DNA from: Escherichia phage momo
DNA: 64,000 nucleotides
Sequence record: MN850580.1
Strand: one strand, 5' to 3'
Every line of letters begins with the position of its first letter. The stretch's first letter is position 1. Position numbers and translations under genes: made by a program. Below the pieces are notes generated by a model. That model did no database searches. It had not been told where the DNA came from and worked only from the letters and a program-made list of their open reading frames with translations. This document shows, piece after piece, positions 1-18,075 of the stretch.

Positions 1-486
<486 letters not shown>

Positions 487-488
487 TT

Positions 489-929
489 ATGAATACAAAA
501 GCATTAGCAGCAAAGTTTAGTTACGGTGACACTGTATCGCATTCTGAGATGGATACTTTCTTAGGTATTGTGAAGCCAACTTATCAAGGTGACATTGTTA
601 AGTACGAAGATGAAATGAAAGCTTATGCGCTTACACGTCTAAACCGACTTGAGAAGTTTATTGAAAAACTTCTTAAAGAAGAGAAGATTTATCTGGTTGC
701 TTCAATGGGTGTTGGTTATCGTGTGGTTGAACCTAAGCATCAAGCAACTATTGCAAAACGTAAAATGTCTGGTAAGATTGGTCGAGCTTTAAAGCAAGCT
801 ACTCAAGCGATTGAGAATGTGAATACTATGGCACTTAGTCATCAAGAACGTTCACGACTGATTGAACAGCAAAACCATTTAGCTGCTATGAAAGCTAACA
901 TTAATAAGCAACGTAGAAAACCTTTCTAA
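489..929 (+). CDS. hypothetical protein
   Basis: 146-aa ORF starting 3 nt after upstream stop; followed by hairpin+T-run. Confidence 0.5.
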   Translation: MNTKALAAKFSYGDTVSHSEMDTFLGIVKPTYQGDIVKYEDEMKAYALTRLNRLEKFIEKLLKEEKIYLVASMGVGYRVVEPKHQATIAKRKMSGKIGRALKQATQAIENVNTMALSHQERSRLIEQQNHLAAMKANINKQRRKPF

Positions 930-938
930 GTTGACTAG

Positions 939-966
939 GTAGCCTCTTCGGAGGCTCCTTTTTAAA
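939..966 (+). terminator. rho-independent terminator
   Basis: agcctc-ttcg-gaggct hairpin followed by ccttttt. Confidence 0.6.
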
Positions 967-967
967 A

Positions 968-1300
968 GGTCTTTAAACAGGGTCTTTTAATGAGGTAGTA
1001 TACGGTATGGTGGGGTAGGGTGAGGTCTAGTTTGGTAAGGTAGGGTCTGGTATGGGTAGTTAGTCTCAACTACATAAAAATGAGACTTACCTTATTAAAA
1101 GGTCTTTAAAGAGGGTCTTTTAATGAGGTTGAGTTTGGACAGGTGTGGCATGGTCTGGTAATGTATGGTTTGGTGAAGTAATGTACGGTTTGGTGAAGTA
1201 ATGCAAGGTATGGGTAGTTAATCGGAGCTACATTAAAATTCGATTACATCACTTAAGAGTCTTTGAAAGGGTTTTTAAGTGATGTCTGGTCAGGTGTTGT
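968..1300. repeat. non-coding direct-repeat region: three ~27-bp copies of RGTCTTTRAA-N-AGGGTYTTTTAAKTGAKG (968, 1101, 1258), tandem 20-bp units at 1161-1220, G/T-rich ggtNtgg runs
   Basis: Read directly; no ORF of 60 aa or more in this interval. Confidence 0.6.
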
Positions 1301-1395
1301 CCAGTATGGCAAAGCATGGTTCTGTTCGGTAGGGTTTGGTATGGAAGGATGGCAGTAGCCTTATAAAAAATCTGCCAAATAAGCTATAAAATCTG

Positions 1396-1424
1396 TTGAC
1401 AAGTCAGGTGTTATAGCTTATTTT
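1396..1424 (+). promoter_or_regulatory. sigma70-like promoter candidate (TTGACA-N17-TATTTT)
   Basis: -35 TTGACA at 1396-1401, 17-nt spacer, -10-like tatttt; about 45 nt upstream of ATG at 1469. Confidence 0.4.
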
Positions 1425-1468
1425 TATACTCAATGTAATACAAAATTTAATATAACTTTGAGGTCATT

Positions 1469-1852
1469 ATGAAAAAGATTTTATTAGCTGCTGCAATGGT
1501 TATGGCAATAAATTTACCAGTCAATGCAACAGAACTTCCAAATGTTGACTTATCAGGTGTTTCAGAAGACACTTGTCAGATTGTAAAAGGTGTTGCTCTG
1601 GCTAATGGTGAGCTACTTAAACCAATCTCTGAAGAGTCTTTAACAGAGATGACTGATAAGGTAACTGACTATCAGTATCGTGTTCTTGCAGAGTATTTCC
1701 TGCAATCTGCAAATATCAAAGAGAAGCACCATGATGATATTGATGTACAGGCTATGCTTAATCATCGTATCCAGTTTAAAGAAGATTTGATGCAAAAAGC
1801 TATGTATGGTGTTGAGTATTTCTTAGAAAACAGAAGCTGCACAGGTATTTGA
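1469..1852 (+). CDS. secreted/periplasmic protein of unknown function
   Basis: N-terminal signal-peptide-like MKKILLAAAMVMAINLPVNA. Confidence 0.55.
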   Translation: MKKILLAAAMVMAINLPVNATELPNVDLSGVSEDTCQIVKGVALANGELLKPISEESLTEMTDKVTDYQYRVLAEYFLQSANIKEKHHDDIDVQAMLNHRIQFKEDLMQKAMYGVEYFLENRSCTGI

Positions 1853-1853
1853 T

Positions 1854-2066
1854 ATGGCTCTTAAAAAGTTACATCCCAGAAGCGGTTATGGTAAGATAAT
1901 TGACGATACAGACGGCTTTACAGTCTTTACAGTTATCTGTCAAGATGATTCACAGATTGAAAAGGCTCTTGATGATTATCTTAACGATGAACGTGAAAAG
2001 GTTAGGGCTACAAACATAGATTCATTGATTGACACTTCACGCAAACGGAAGAAGAAAGATGAATGA
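1854..2066 (+). CDS. hypothetical protein
   Basis: 70-aa ORF, tightly packed with neighbours. Confidence 0.4.
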   Translation: MALKKLHPRSGYGKIIDDTDGFTVFTVICQDDSQIEKALDDYLNDEREKVRATNIDSLIDTSRKRKKKDE

Positions 2067-2358
2067 AGTTTTTGACCCTTATGCTCCACAAGATGATTGG
2101 GAGGCTGATAGAGAGGCTGAAATGGAGAGTTATATTTGTCCAATGGATGTAGACGAAATGAGAGACTTCGTTGCACATCGTTTTAAGAGAGAGATTAAAT
2201 CCAGAGGTCTTTCTCAAGAGCAAGTTGCTAAAATTTGTGGTATCTCTCAGGCTCGTGTATCCAACATAATCCACCTCACTGGTAATGTTTCCCTTGAGTA
2301 TATGTTGGAAGTATGTGAAAAATTTGGTGTTAATTTCAATTTAAGGTTGGCAGACTAG
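2059..2358 (+). CDS. helix-turn-helix (XRE-like) DNA-binding protein
   Basis: LSQEQVAKICGISQARVSNI HTH motif; ATG at 2059 overlaps upstream stop (ATGAATGA); track ORF begins 2029. Confidence 0.55.
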   Translation: MNEVFDPYAPQDDWEADREAEMESYICPMDVDEMRDFVAHRFKREIKSRGLSQEQVAKICGISQARVSNIIHLTGNVSLEYMLEVCEKFGVNFNLRLAD

Positions 2359-2359
2359 T

Positions 2360-2719
2360 ATGAAACGTGAAAACATTATCCACTCTGAAAACTTCGCATT
2401 AGGCTTTTATGGTGTACCTACTCACCTTGAAAAGTATTATGGTGTAAAGATTCTTTCCAATCTCATTATGGCTTACAAAGATGGTAAGATTAAGCATACT
2501 GAGAAGAAACGTGTCATGGGCTATATGGCTGTAGGTTCAGCAATCTCGAACATTAAGTTGGAAACAACTAGCAGTCAGATTGTAAAAGACCACTTCATCA
2601 AAGAGCTTTACCAAAATCTTGATGGTGTAGATGTTCAGGCTGTTTGGCTGGATGTTGATGGTCATAATTACACAAGTTTTGTTTTCAAAAACGATGACAT
2701 TAAGTGTTTGTTCCCATAA
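2360..2719 (+). CDS. hypothetical protein
   Basis: 119-aa ORF in operon-like packing. Confidence 0.5.
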   Translation: MKRENIIHSENFALGFYGVPTHLEKYYGVKILSNLIMAYKDGKIKHTEKKRVMGYMAVGSAISNIKLETTSSQIVKDHFIKELYQNLDGVDVQAVWLDVDGHNYTSFVFKNDDIKCLFP

Positions 2720-2732
2720 TAGGTGATTAACT

Positions 2733-3248
2733 ATGATTGATATCTTCTTACAAGATGCTCATGCAGACTTCCTTAAAGAGATGCTTAAAAAGTTTATGGC
2801 TTCACAGTATGAGAATGAAGCATCTTTTAAAATAGTTACATGTGGCGACGAAGCTGGTTTTGTTGAGATTGAGCATGAAGGTACTGGAAAGACTGTTTGT
2901 AAGTTACCTGATAGTATGTTCTCTAAAACGTTCTTAACAAAGACTAGTATAAATGTTAAGCTTGTACCACAGATTGAAACATACTCTGGTACAGACTACC
3001 CTAAAGGTTTTAAGTCACTAATGAAGTACTTCTTAGATGACTTTGTGGGTAATCTTCTGAGGGAGGTAAAAGAAAGTCGTACAGTGTTAACTGTAGAGAA
3101 CATGGGAGGAACTATCAAGGTCACTTCTGACTGCTTTGTGATGAGCCTCTTCGACTTCGTTCCTAAGAACTTTGATGGTATTCTGGATGAAGAAGATGAC
3201 TGTGTAGACTTTATATTGGTTCTTGAGCCAGTTTTTGAGGTTAAATAG
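2733..3248 (+). CDS. hypothetical protein
   Basis: 171-aa ORF. Confidence 0.5.
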   Translation: MIDIFLQDAHADFLKEMLKKFMASQYENEASFKIVTCGDEAGFVEIEHEGTGKTVCKLPDSMFSKTFLTKTSINVKLVPQIETYSGTDYPKGFKSLMKYFLDDFVGNLLREVKESRTVLTVENMGGTIKVTSDCFVMSLFDFVPKNFDGILDEEDDCVDFILVLEPVFEVK

Positions 3249-3509
3249 ATGAAAATTGAACACTGCTATGAGTCTGATGGAACACCTATCCGATGTCCAC
3301 ATTGTGGGTGTACAGACTTACAAGGTGAGGTAAGTGAAATAGTCAACGGTCATATTGCTGAAGAGAGTACAAGGTGTACAGGATGTAATGAAATCATTGC
3401 TTTCTGGGCTTATGGTTCATACCAACCTACACCACACTTAATCTACCATAGCAATAAAGCTGTGAAGAATGTTATCAACTGGTTCATTAAGAAAGGATTT
3501 ACAAAATGA
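3249..3509 (+). CDS. small zinc-ribbon protein
   Basis: CPHCGC ... CTGCNE cysteine pairs. Confidence 0.45.
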   Translation: MKIEHCYESDGTPIRCPHCGCTDLQGEVSEIVNGHIAEESTRCTGCNEIIAFWAYGSYQPTPHLIYHSNKAVKNVINWFIKKGFTK

Positions 3510-4051
3510 TTAAATTAATCTTTGCAAGTGGTGAAAATGGGGAGTTTGGTACTCCAACTGGTATGCCGTGGCCTCGACATAAACAGGATATGCAAGAGTT
3601 TAAGAGACTCACTAAAAACAACTTAGTAGTAATGGGGAATGAGACTTTCAAGACTCTGGGTAGTAAACCTTTACCAGAACGTGCAAACCTCATCTTAACA
3701 AACTCTGTACCATACTTAGGCATAGACTTTGGCAAAGATGAGGTAATGTATGCTAAGGCCAGCAAAGAATCCTTTGGAGCATTTTTGAAGTATCTCGATA
3801 GCTCTATTGATGAAGATATCTTTGTAATTGGTGGTGCAGGTGTCCTTGTCAATGCTTTACCATATGCTGGTGTAGTTTTCCATACAGTTTTCCATAAAGT
3901 TACTGAAGAGGCCACTGTGTATTTACCTTTTGAAAACTTCTTTGAGAAGCTGTATGATAACCGTGTATTTACAAAGGTACAGTCAAAACCATCAGAGGAT
4001 GGTAAAGCAACCTTTGAAATTTATGTTCCACAAGTAAAAGGACACTTTTGA
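3506..4051 (+). CDS. frd: dihydrofolate reductase
   Basis: GTPTGMPWPRHKQDMQEFKRLT, VVMGNETFKTLG, FVIGGAGV motifs typical of DHFR; overlaps thymidylate synthase gene. Confidence 0.8.
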   Translation: MIKLIFASGENGEFGTPTGMPWPRHKQDMQEFKRLTKNNLVVMGNETFKTLGSKPLPERANLILTNSVPYLGIDFGKDEVMYAKASKESFGAFLKYLDSSIDEDIFVIGGAGVLVNALPYAGVVFHTVFHKVTEEATVYLPFENFFEKLYDNRVFTKVQSKPSEDGKATFEIYVPQVKGHF

Positions 4052-4052
4052 T

Positions 4053-4952
4053 ATGTCACAAGCAGATACAAGTTACAAAAATATCCTGAACCATGTTTTA
4101 TCCGTTGGTGAACTGCGTACTACAAGAACTGGAGATGTTATCTCTGCATTTGCTCCACCACAGTTTCGCTTTGATATGCGTACTGGTTTTCCACTCTTAA
4201 CATCTAAACAGGTGTTTACACGGCAAGTTATTGGGGAAGCTTTATGGTTCCTGAACGGTGAGAATAAGCTTGGTGAACTTCGTTACCGTACTTGGGGTGA
4301 AAATGATGGGGAACGCTGGACTATCTGGTCAGATGATTTTAAACGCTGGTTAAGCTCTAACTATTCTTCTGAACAAGACTGGTTAGAGGATGCAGGTGGG
4401 AGAATCTACGGGGTTCAGTGGAGAAACTTTGAAGGTCATAATGGTTGTGTTGTAGACCAGTTAGAGACCTTAGTAACGAAGATGAAAGGTGATATCACAG
4501 ACCGTTACATGCTTGTTAATGCTTGGAATGCAGCAGATATTGCAGCTAACTCAATGGCTTTAGCACCTTGTCATGTTCTGTTTCAGATTTATATCACTAA
4601 CGAAGGTGAAGTTGACTTACAATGGTATCAACGTTCTGTAGACACCTTTTTAGGACTTCCGTTTAACATTGCATCTTATGGTTTTATTCTGGAAGTTCTT
4701 TGCAAGATGACTGGATACACTCCACGGTACTTGATAGGTGTCTTTGGAGATACTCAGATTTATCAGAACCATATGAAACAGGTTTATGAACTGATGAATA
4801 ATGAAGAGTTCCATGCACCTACTTTTGAGATTGGTGTGCAGCTTAACACTCTAAGTGATTTAAAACACCTTACTGCAAGTGATTTTATTGGTGGCATTAA
4901 CAACTACCAACATGCAGGGAAGATTGAAGCACCTCTGTCAGTAGGTAAGTAA
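4053..4952 (+). CDS. thyA: thymidylate synthase (ThyA family)
   Basis: RTGTG-like, LAPCH active-site cysteine, QWYQRS, FLGLPFNIASY motifs. Confidence 0.85.
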   Translation: MSQADTSYKNILNHVLSVGELRTTRTGDVISAFAPPQFRFDMRTGFPLLTSKQVFTRQVIGEALWFLNGENKLGELRYRTWGENDGERWTIWSDDFKRWLSSNYSSEQDWLEDAGGRIYGVQWRNFEGHNGCVVDQLETLVTKMKGDITDRYMLVNAWNAADIAANSMALAPCHVLFQIYITNEGEVDLQWYQRSVDTFLGLPFNIASYGFILEVLCKMTGYTPRYLIGVFGDTQIYQNHMKQVYELMNNEEFHAPTFEIGVQLNTLSDLKHLTASDFIGGINNYQHAGKIEAPLSVGK

Positions 4953-4990
4953 AACAAAAAAGGCTCCCGTAAAAAGGAGCCTTAAACTTT
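4951..4990. terminator. bidirectional hairpin terminator between convergent operons
   Basis: aggctcc-loop-ggagcct with A/T runs on both sides. Confidence 0.6.
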
Positions 4991-5360
4991 ATTTTTCAGT
5001 ATTCTTTGTGTTCTTTTCAGTAATAGCTTGGAGGGCTGATACTGATTGAGCCAGATTGTTCACACTGTCAGAGAATTTATCAAGAGTTTTGGTAAGTTTT
5101 GCGTTTTCACCCTTAACATTCTCTAACTGAACTTTCTGGTTCTCCATCCCTAGCTGAATCAGTCTCATGTCAGACTGTAAATCACGAATAGCTGAATAGT
5201 TACTTTTGGAATAATTATCTAGCTGCTGTAACTTTGTTGTGACAGATACTTCTTGCTTACCACTTGAGACTTGCATCGTGGTATACATCCCAATAACACT
5301 AAAAATACCAACTACAATTGCACCAATATTATTTTTAAAAGCTTCCTCTAGCCACTTCAT
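4989..5360 (-). CDS. membrane-anchored coiled-coil protein
   Basis: N-terminal hydrophobic helix IGAIVVGIFSVIGMY then heptad-rich region. Confidence 0.45.
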   Translation of the reverse strand: MKWLEEAFKNNIGAIVVGIFSVIGMYTTMQVSSGKQEVSVTTKLQQLDNYSKSNYSAIRDLQSDMRLIQLGMENQKVQLENVKGENAKLTKTLDKFSDSVNNLAQSVSALQAITEKNTKNTEK

Positions 5361-5555
5361 TTATTTCTCCCCCTTAAAAGCTTTTTCTAAGTTATCTACG
5401 AACTCATCATCAATAGGTGTGTCTGTTTTACTCGCAAGGTATCTTGCAAGCTTAAAGAACACTTTCTCAATCATGTATTCACTTAGAAGGGATAAAATGA
5501 GTTTCCAGAAGAAGCTACCTAGATTTTTTAGAAGAATTGCTAGGATTGTAGGCAT
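5361..5555 (-). CDS. small hypothetical protein
   Basis: 64-aa ORF abutting downstream gene. Confidence 0.35.
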   Translation of the reverse strand: MPTILAILLKNLGSFFWKLILSLLSEYMIEKVFFKLARYLASKTDTPIDDEFVDNLEKAFKGEK

Positions 5556-5634
5556 TTAATCACCTCATCAGCCAAGATGGTGAGAATACCCATAAAGAAT
5601 ATTAACACCATCTTAACAATCAGTCAACAAGGGA

Positions 5635-8166
5635 TTAAGCAGTTCTTACCCAAGCCATTAACTTGTAGAACTGGTTAGTAACACTAAATGCTGAACCAGA
5701 ACCTGTACCACCAGTGTTACCACTAACTGTATGAGTGTGAGCACCGATACCTACACTGTGAGCATGGTTACCAGCAGAAGCGGCAGTACCACTTACAGAG
5801 TGGGTGTGAGCACCGTTAGCATCGGTGTAACCCGGTCCTACACCAATACTACCACCACCACCACCAGAGTAGTGTGTAGAGTTCTGACCAATCCACGAAA
5901 TGGAATGGTTGTGGTTACCAGCAGATGAAGTAGAGCCACTTACAGAGTGAGCGTGAGCACCAGTCGTGTTAGTGTTTTTTGTTCCGTAGTCAAAAGATGA
6001 AGTGGTAGCAGAAAAACTGTGAGTGTGTGATGGTAAGTTACCAACAGCTAACGTCACAGAATCTGAACCACCTGTTGTAGCAACATCTGAACCGTTAGCT
6101 GCTGCAACCCTGATAGTTCTACCAACACCATTGTTCAGGTACGTCCAAGTTAACCCAGGCAGTGCTGTATTAGGGTTAACATTACTGTTAAACCACGTTA
6201 CAATGCCTACTGGATAGATTTTGTTAAGGTCTGTAGAGTCACTTACTGCCTGTGCAATCTTCTGGTCAGTCTCAGATTTAGTATATGCACCAATATCTGA
6301 AGGGCTTGGCTTCAAGAGACTAGTGTAATAGTAAGCAATTGTGCCAGCAACATAATCAGATGGGGCGTTGTCAGATGTCTCTGGAAACTCAAACAGTTGC
6401 ACTGTTGCATTAGATGATGACTGAACCCTAGCTGTCGTATCGTTTTGATAGTTGCCAACTACGCAATAGATGTCATAGTTATCACCAGAGGTATTAACAT
6501 ACCCAATTTGACTTACAACAGTATTCGGTGAGTTTTTCCATGCAACAACATTTAAGCCTTTTGGGTCACCATTCCCTGTCCTAAGAACAATTTCTGTCTT
6601 ACAGGCTTGGTCAACTTCGCCAAAGTTAAATCCAGCCCCCCCAAAAAGTTCAATCACCGCTGTTGAGGTGGCTTGCGGCATACTGACAGTAGCAATCTTA
6701 GCCCATTTACCAGCACCACCAGTATTGAATCCAGTGCTCCTTACTCTCAGATACCGGTTATCAGCGGATGATTTGTTATAGTATCTCTCATCAATGTTAG
6801 ACCAATCTGAAGGTTGAACTTGACCAATGATTCTAACATTTTTAGTCAGTAAGAAATCATCTAGCACATACATCGTAGTTGCAGTTGTGCTGTTATGGAT
6901 AACAAGTCTTTCTGGGTTGGATGATTCCCCATTCCCAATGTACCACCTTCTAGCACCATCAGCATTATAACCAGCAAAGTATAGCTCTCCGTCTTGTGTA
7001 GTATTCTTTAGCTGTAACAATGAGCCATTCTGATTAATAATCTGTGCAGACCTGAAAGTGTTTACATCACTTAACTTAGCAAGATTACTCAAAGTTCCTG
7101 CTGGGATGTATCTAGAGTCAATGTTAGTCCAATCTGAAGGTTGTACTTGACCAGTAATTTTCACAGTCTTAGTAGTGGTAATTACATTTGACAAAGAGAT
7201 AGTTGTACTCGTGGTGTAGTTATGTAGGTTGACTACAGAATCAGAGTTATCAGTCCCTAAGTAGAACTTGTTTGTCCCATCAGCCTTCTGCCCCAGCAAG
7301 TACAGTCCAGTTGCAGCAGTGGCATTCTTAATGACCAGCACAGCATTATCTCTGGTAATATTGAACTCTCCTACAAAATTGTTAATACCCCTGAAGGTGT
7401 TATTACCAACTAGCTGCGCAAATCTCTGATTAGCTGCTGTCTGAGTAAAGTATCTAGCATCTAAGTTAGAGAAGTCAGAAGGCTGAACTTGACCAGTGAT
7501 TTGGATTGATTTGTTCACAGAGATTAGGTTAGCTAAAATCGCTACGTATGCACCAGATTTAACGTTTTTTAAAACAAGGTTGTCTGTGCCTCTATTATCA
7601 TTACCTAGATACCACCTATTAGTACCATCTGCATCTTGACCACGAATATACAGCGGCATCCCTTGTGTAATATTCTTAGCAATAAGAGCTTCATTGTCAG
7701 AGAGAATAGCTTGAGTGGCTCTAAAGGTGTTATTTACAGCCAACCTTGCATATCTTGCATCATTCTCTTCATTAGTTCTCATCCCAAGTTCATTAGGGCT
7801 TGGCTTATTAAGAGTATGGTAAACAGTTGCAGACCTTGAAGCATCTGCAATAGTTAGTTTAAGACCATTTGCATTGATTTTAAAAGCCTTTAAAACATCC
7901 CCCATAGTAATCTCAGAAGAACCTGTAGGGTCAAATACTGCCTTACCACCATAAAGTAACTTGACAATTCCTAAGTCACCCGTCATAGTGCTACCAGCAA
8001 TCTGGACAAACCTTTCTAGTTTAAAAGATGCTAAGAAGTCTTGATAGGTCATTCGACGGTCTTCATCACCCAACATTTCAGGTCTCTTTTTAACCCTGAC
8101 ATGAAGAAGGTCGTCTGAACGAATTGTATCAATTGAGTTTAATTCACTCAACTTGTAATCTGCCAT
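5635..8166 (-). CDS. tail fiber protein (long, repeat-domain, C-terminal HxH repeats)
   Basis: Repeated ITGQVQPSDWxNID units; C-terminal HTHS/HAHS/HNHS His-x-His repeats. Confidence 0.7.
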   Translation of the reverse strand: MADYKLSELNSIDTIRSDDLLHVRVKKRPEMLGDEDRRMTYQDFLASFKLERFVQIAGSTMTGDLGIVKLLYGGKAVFDPTGSSEITMGDVLKAFKINANGLKLTIADASRSATVYHTLNKPSPNELGMRTNEENDARYARLAVNNTFRATQAILSDNEALIAKNITQGMPLYIRGQDADGTNRWYLGNDNRGTDNLVLKNVKSGAYVAILANLISVNKSIQITGQVQPSDFSNLDARYFTQTAANQRFAQLVGNNTFRGINNFVGEFNITRDNAVLVIKNATAATGLYLLGQKADGTNKFYLGTDNSDSVVNLHNYTTSTTISLSNVITTTKTVKITGQVQPSDWTNIDSRYIPAGTLSNLAKLSDVNTFRSAQIINQNGSLLQLKNTTQDGELYFAGYNADGARRWYIGNGESSNPERLVIHNSTTATTMYVLDDFLLTKNVRIIGQVQPSDWSNIDERYYNKSSADNRYLRVRSTGFNTGGAGKWAKIATVSMPQATSTAVIELFGGAGFNFGEVDQACKTEIVLRTGNGDPKGLNVVAWKNSPNTVVSQIGYVNTSGDNYDIYCVVGNYQNDTTARVQSSSNATVQLFEFPETSDNAPSDYVAGTIAYYYTSLLKPSPSDIGAYTKSETDQKIAQAVSDSTDLNKIYPVGIVTWFNSNVNPNTALPGLTWTYLNNGVGRTIRVAAANGSDVATTGGSDSVTLAVGNLPSHTHSFSATTSSFDYGTKNTNTTGAHAHSVSGSTSSAGNHNHSISWIGQNSTHYSGGGGGSIGVGPGYTDANGAHTHSVSGTAASAGNHAHSVGIGAHTHTVSGNTGGTGSGSAFSVTNQFYKLMAWVRTA

Positions 8167-8185
8167 TATAAATTTTCCTCTTAAA

Positions 8186-8203
8186 AGGGGCTATACAGCC
8201 CCT
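8186..8203 (-). other. intergenic hairpin between the two tail fiber genes
   Basis: aggggct-atac-agcccct perfect 7-bp stem. Confidence 0.4.
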
Positions 8204-8212
8204 GTAAAGAAA

Positions 8213-9361
8213 TTAAGCTGTTCTCTGCCATACATACAATACGAAGGATGGCTGTTCAACACTAAATGCTTGACCAGAACCAGTTGGACCAGTTGTGCCA
8301 GAGTGCGAATGCTCACCTGCTCCGGTTACTGTTACTGTTGCTGAGTGGCTGTGGGAACCAATTGCAACAGAATGGCTGTGAGCACCAATACCAACCGTAT
8401 GATTATGCGCACCAATTGCTACAGAGTGAGTGTGGTTGTTAGCTGTTGTCAGCGTAGCTCTTGGGTCATAGCTTGCCCCCTCAACTGATAAACCTCTCCA
8501 ACCACCATCAGCATAACCACGATTAATGAATGTTGTTTGTGTTAAACCAGCAGCACTGGTTGTTCTGTTACCATAGTCATAAGTAGATACAGTCTTTGTT
8601 CCATAGTCAAACGTTGTAGTCCCTTTAGTACCGTAGTCAAAAGCACTGATAGAGGCCGTTGCACCGTGTGTGTGACCACCACCAGTGACGTATACTGAGT
8701 GAGTATGTGCAGGAATGTTGTTAACTGTCAGTGCAGTAGTCTGCGAACCAAACGTTGAGCCAACTGGCCTAGAAGCACTATCATAACCTACAAGTGCTCT
8801 TCCTTTTGAAACTAGCTCCCAAGTACCTCCACAAATTAAATATGTAGAAGGGTTTGCAGGATTCATAGAGAGATGGATAGTACCTACTGGATAAGAAGCC
8901 TGAACAGCCTTGTACAAGTTATTTACTGCTCTTGCTGTAGCATACTTATCTGCATCCTCGTTATAAAGGTTAGATGTCACCCAGTTCTGAACATTACTTA
9001 ACCCAACCTGTGCCTTAGTGGTATTGTGTGGGTTGCTCTTATCATCAATATGTTGTTGAATAAGATTATTAACCTCTTCTGAAGACATAATCTGTAGATT
9101 TGCTCTTGCCTCAGCTACATTAACAATGTCTGATAAGTTATTTTCAGCAACTAACTGGAGAGCATTAATAACGTTATCTAAACCAATTTGTGTCTTAGTA
9201 ACACCATGAGGGTTATTTCTTAGGCTTGAGTGTGGAGCAAGTAATTGCTCAAGAGTGCATCTCTTATCCTCGATACCCTGTTTAAGATGGAAGATATCAC
9301 TAAGGTCAATTGGTAAGGCTGCTTGAGGCAAGGCACTAATTTGAATTTCACCTACTGCCAT
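8213..9361 (-). CDS. tail fiber protein (HxH repeat C-terminus)
   Basis: HTHSVAIGAHNHTVGIGAHSHSVAIGSHSHS repeats. Confidence 0.7.
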   Translation of the reverse strand: MAVGEIQISALPQAALPIDLSDIFHLKQGIEDKRCTLEQLLAPHSSLRNNPHGVTKTQIGLDNVINALQLVAENNLSDIVNVAEARANLQIMSSEEVNNLIQQHIDDKSNPHNTTKAQVGLSNVQNWVTSNLYNEDADKYATARAVNNLYKAVQASYPVGTIHLSMNPANPSTYLICGGTWELVSKGRALVGYDSASRPVGSTFGSQTTALTVNNIPAHTHSVYVTGGGHTHGATASISAFDYGTKGTTTFDYGTKTVSTYDYGNRTTSAAGLTQTTFINRGYADGGWRGLSVEGASYDPRATLTTANNHTHSVAIGAHNHTVGIGAHSHSVAIGSHSHSATVTVTGAGEHSHSGTTGPTGSGQAFSVEQPSFVLYVWQRTA

Positions 9362-9363
9362 TA

Positions 9364-17361
<7,998 letters not shown>

Positions 17362-17362
<1 letters not shown>

Positions 17363-17601
17363 TACATTTTTCCTGCTCTTCTAAGTTCGTTGTAAGCAAT
17401 TTCCTCTTTATACGACCTCTGAATTTCAAGAAATTGTCTCAATGATAATAAATCAGAGAATGTCATAGCAAAGAGTTGGTCAAGTGTTTCTTTACACCCT
17501 TCCATACCATAAATAGCAAGCACAAATTTCATCTCGTCTGCTTCTTCATAGGTTGCCTCTACAGCAGCATCAGTCAGTGGTGTCTGTAGAGTGTTACCCA
17601 T
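17362..17601 (-). CDS. tail assembly chaperone, frameshift extension part
   Basis: In -1 frame relative to upstream ORF; reachable by slip at TTTTTTC. Confidence 0.5.
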
Positions 17602-17603
17602 GT

Positions 17604-18002
17604 TTACTGAGAAGTTAGGCTTTTGAAAATGCTTGCTTCGAAAAAACTTCCGAAGTTTGCCTCCAGCGCAAATGCTAAGTAATCAATAAATTCACCATAG
17701 TTTGCTTGGAAGTATGTATCAATATTAAGTGGGAAGTCATCAACAGTTGCCCCTTGAAATAACAGGGTTGCCATCTCTTCAAGGTTAATTTCTTCAATTC
17801 TGTCAAAACAAGCTTCAACAAGTTCTTTAAATGGAACCATTGGAGCTTCTTTCTTATCCTTGTCAGTCAGACTTGATAGCATCTGTGCAAAGGTTGGAAC
17901 AACAATTTTACCCAACTTCATAGACATCTTAATACCATCTCTTGCCCCAAGCAGAACGATATTTACTTTCTTGCCATTAATTACTCTAGATTCTGTTTTC
18001 AT
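17604..18002 (-). CDS. tail assembly chaperone
   Basis: Between tube and tape measure genes; ends just after slippery heptamer. Confidence 0.55.
   Translation of the reverse strand: MKTESRVINGKKVNIVLLGARDGIKMSMKLGKIVVPTFAQMLSSLTDKDKKEAPMVPFKELVEACFDRIEEINLEEMATLLFQGATVDDFPLNIDTYFQANYGEFIDYLAFALEANFGSFFEASIFKSLTSQ
17640..17646 (-). promoter_or_regulatory. -1 programmed ribosomal frameshift slippery site (U UUU UUC)
   Basis: mRNA AGU UUU UUC GAA; -1 slip reads FFRSKHFQKPNFSVN and joins MGNTLQTPL of ORF 17362..17601. Confidence 0.55.
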
Positions 18003-18027
18003 TGTGATTCCTTAATACTTTTAAAAG

Positions 18028-18064
18028 AAACAAAAAAGGGGAAGACCTTTTAAAGTCTCCCCCT
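18028..18064 (-). terminator. rho-independent terminator downstream of tail tube gene
   Basis: gggggagac-loop-gtcttcccc hairpin followed by T-run on minus strand. Confidence 0.55.
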
Positions 18065-18075
18065 TATAGGATTTA

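Noticed and set aside
1010-1060. Possible G-quadruplex in the G/T-rich stretch
   Set aside because: G runs are mostly GG or GGG interrupted by T/A without four regularly spaced G3 tracts; weak support.
3499-3915. 138-aa minus-strand ORF
   Set aside because: Antisense to the DHFR gene, which has clear conserved motifs.
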